Shown: piece by piece, positions 63,095-64,000 of the stretch
Layout of the letters: each line of letters starts with the position of its first letter
Position numbering within the stretch: position 1 is the first letter of the stretch
NCBI GenBank assembly: GCA_977016875.1
Contig: CDRNST010000080.1
Coordinates: 4,526,001 to 4,590,000, forward strand
From: Pavona decussata
Lineage: Eukaryota
Direction: 5' to 3'
Length of the DNA stretch: 64,000 nt
The notes under the pieces: model-generated
Told to the model about the DNA's origin: nothing
What the model saw: the letters and a program-made list of their open reading frames with translations, nothing else
Database searches by the model: none
Translations under genes and position numbers: made by a program

Positions 63095-63735
63095 CTAGGC
63101 TGAAAAAAATGCTTCAAGAAAAAATAAACTTGAGAACAAAATCCACGAAAAATAAATAAAATTTACATTTGTATGGTCAGTTCCAGTGCTTGTGGTTTTG
63201 CTTGAAAGTGTGAAAGTGTGCTTGAAGATGAAGGTAAGATCTGAGAGGTGATTGGCGAGGCTTTTAAAGAGGAGGTTGATGTCAGCGTGGGTGCAGTTGA
63301 TGAAAGTGAATTTGATGAGGCTGGTGTTGGCGTTGAAGAAGGCTTGATACAGACTGATGGAGACTTTGGAAATTTGCTGCAGTTTAGGTGTTGTGGCCAG
63401 GGCAGATTGATGCGGTTTTAGAGGTGGATGCAATTAAAATAAACGTCGAGGCAAACAGAACGGCAAGGCGAAACAGATGAAAATTAGGTGTCATTGGTTC
63501 AAAGCGGCAAATGTGGGAAGCAAACGAAAAGACCAGTGAACTGCGAGCAGTTTAGCGTAATGAGGTGTTCAAAGTGGTGCAGGACGTCTTTCGCCAAGTA
63601 GTTTTGTTGGACGTAGTCGATGCTTGTGTTATAGACTGGCTCTTGCACTTTACACATCGGTATCTTCACAGTGTGGCATATTTTGCCATTCGTTGGCAAG
63701 ATGATGGCACATAAAATCATCAGCACAGCATACAT
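63095..63735 (-). pseudogene. Intronless signal peptide + Frizzled cysteine-rich domain + S/T/P stalk + single TM, pseudogenised
   Basis: Reading through in-frame stops at 63499, 63484 and 63418 gives MYAVLMILCAIILPTNG KICHTVKIPMC...YNTS...LNCSQFTGLFVC..HLPL*...SPCRSVCLDVYFNC...LPWPQHLNCSKFP..SVC. That is the 10-Cys Fz pattern with C5 changed to TGA. It is followed by PSSTPTPASSNS... and, after a frameshift, FIYFSWILFSSLFFL. Confidence 0.85.
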
Positions 63736-64000
63736 TTTCTGAATCACGGCTCACTTGAATATGACTTGTGGGCTAATGTCACATGAAAATTGCTTAAACA
63801 AACTTGTTATGTTTGCAACCTTTTTACTGGCCACTTAAAAGGTGAAGATTCTAGCAGAGCGGAAACTTTGGTAAAGAACAGTTCATCACAAAGAATTGCT
63901 CTTTGTGCATTGATCTCCAATGGTGCTTGCTAACCGTGACATGGAGTACTTGCATTAATTTTTGTTCGGTCTTCAAACTCAGATAAAAAAAGATATAAAA

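Noticed and set aside
1615-63433. Most remaining short (60-130 aa) ORFs in the track
   Set aside because: They are antisense or alternative-frame shadows of real genes, or chance ORFs with TTG/GTG starts in repeats and intergenic DNA.
63418-63501. Selenocysteine or readthrough recoding of the Fz-CRD gene (TGA at the C5 position)
   Set aside because: Two further TAA stops and a frameshift follow, so ordinary pseudogenisation is the simpler explanation.

Overview
AT-rich eukaryotic (animal) genomic DNA, most likely a cnidarian and probably a scleractinian coral. The taxon is inferred from repeat families and gene types and is not proven. There are no operons, rRNA genes or CRISPR arrays. The window has two halves. 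About 1-38 kb is host gene space. It holds a tandem array of four paralogous class A GPCRs on the + strand, two BTB/KCTD genes on the - strand, three intact orphan ORFs rich in short linear motifs, a fifth, more distant GPCR on the - strand, and many foldback MITEs and tRNA-headed repeats. All of these host genes appear to have a single coding exon. About 39-64 kb is a transposon graveyard. It includes a three-level nest in which a tandem repeat holds a TA-flanked pogo/mariner-type MITE, which in turn holds an AT-flanked ISL2EU element (THAP-DDE plus SWIM-YqaJ genes). It also contains RecQ-helicase (Academ-like) relics, a Helitron-like STPR fragment, a piggyBac relic and a truncated BEL/Pao LTR element with a tRNA-Tyr PBS. 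At the far end are duplicated Polinton/adintovirus-like exonuclease relics next to an intronless, pseudogenised gene encoding signal peptide, Frizzled CRD, S/T/P stalk and one TM segment, which may be a mobile-element-borne Wnt decoy. All calls come from reading the sequence by eye; no searches were run, and repeat boundaries are approximate to a few bases.
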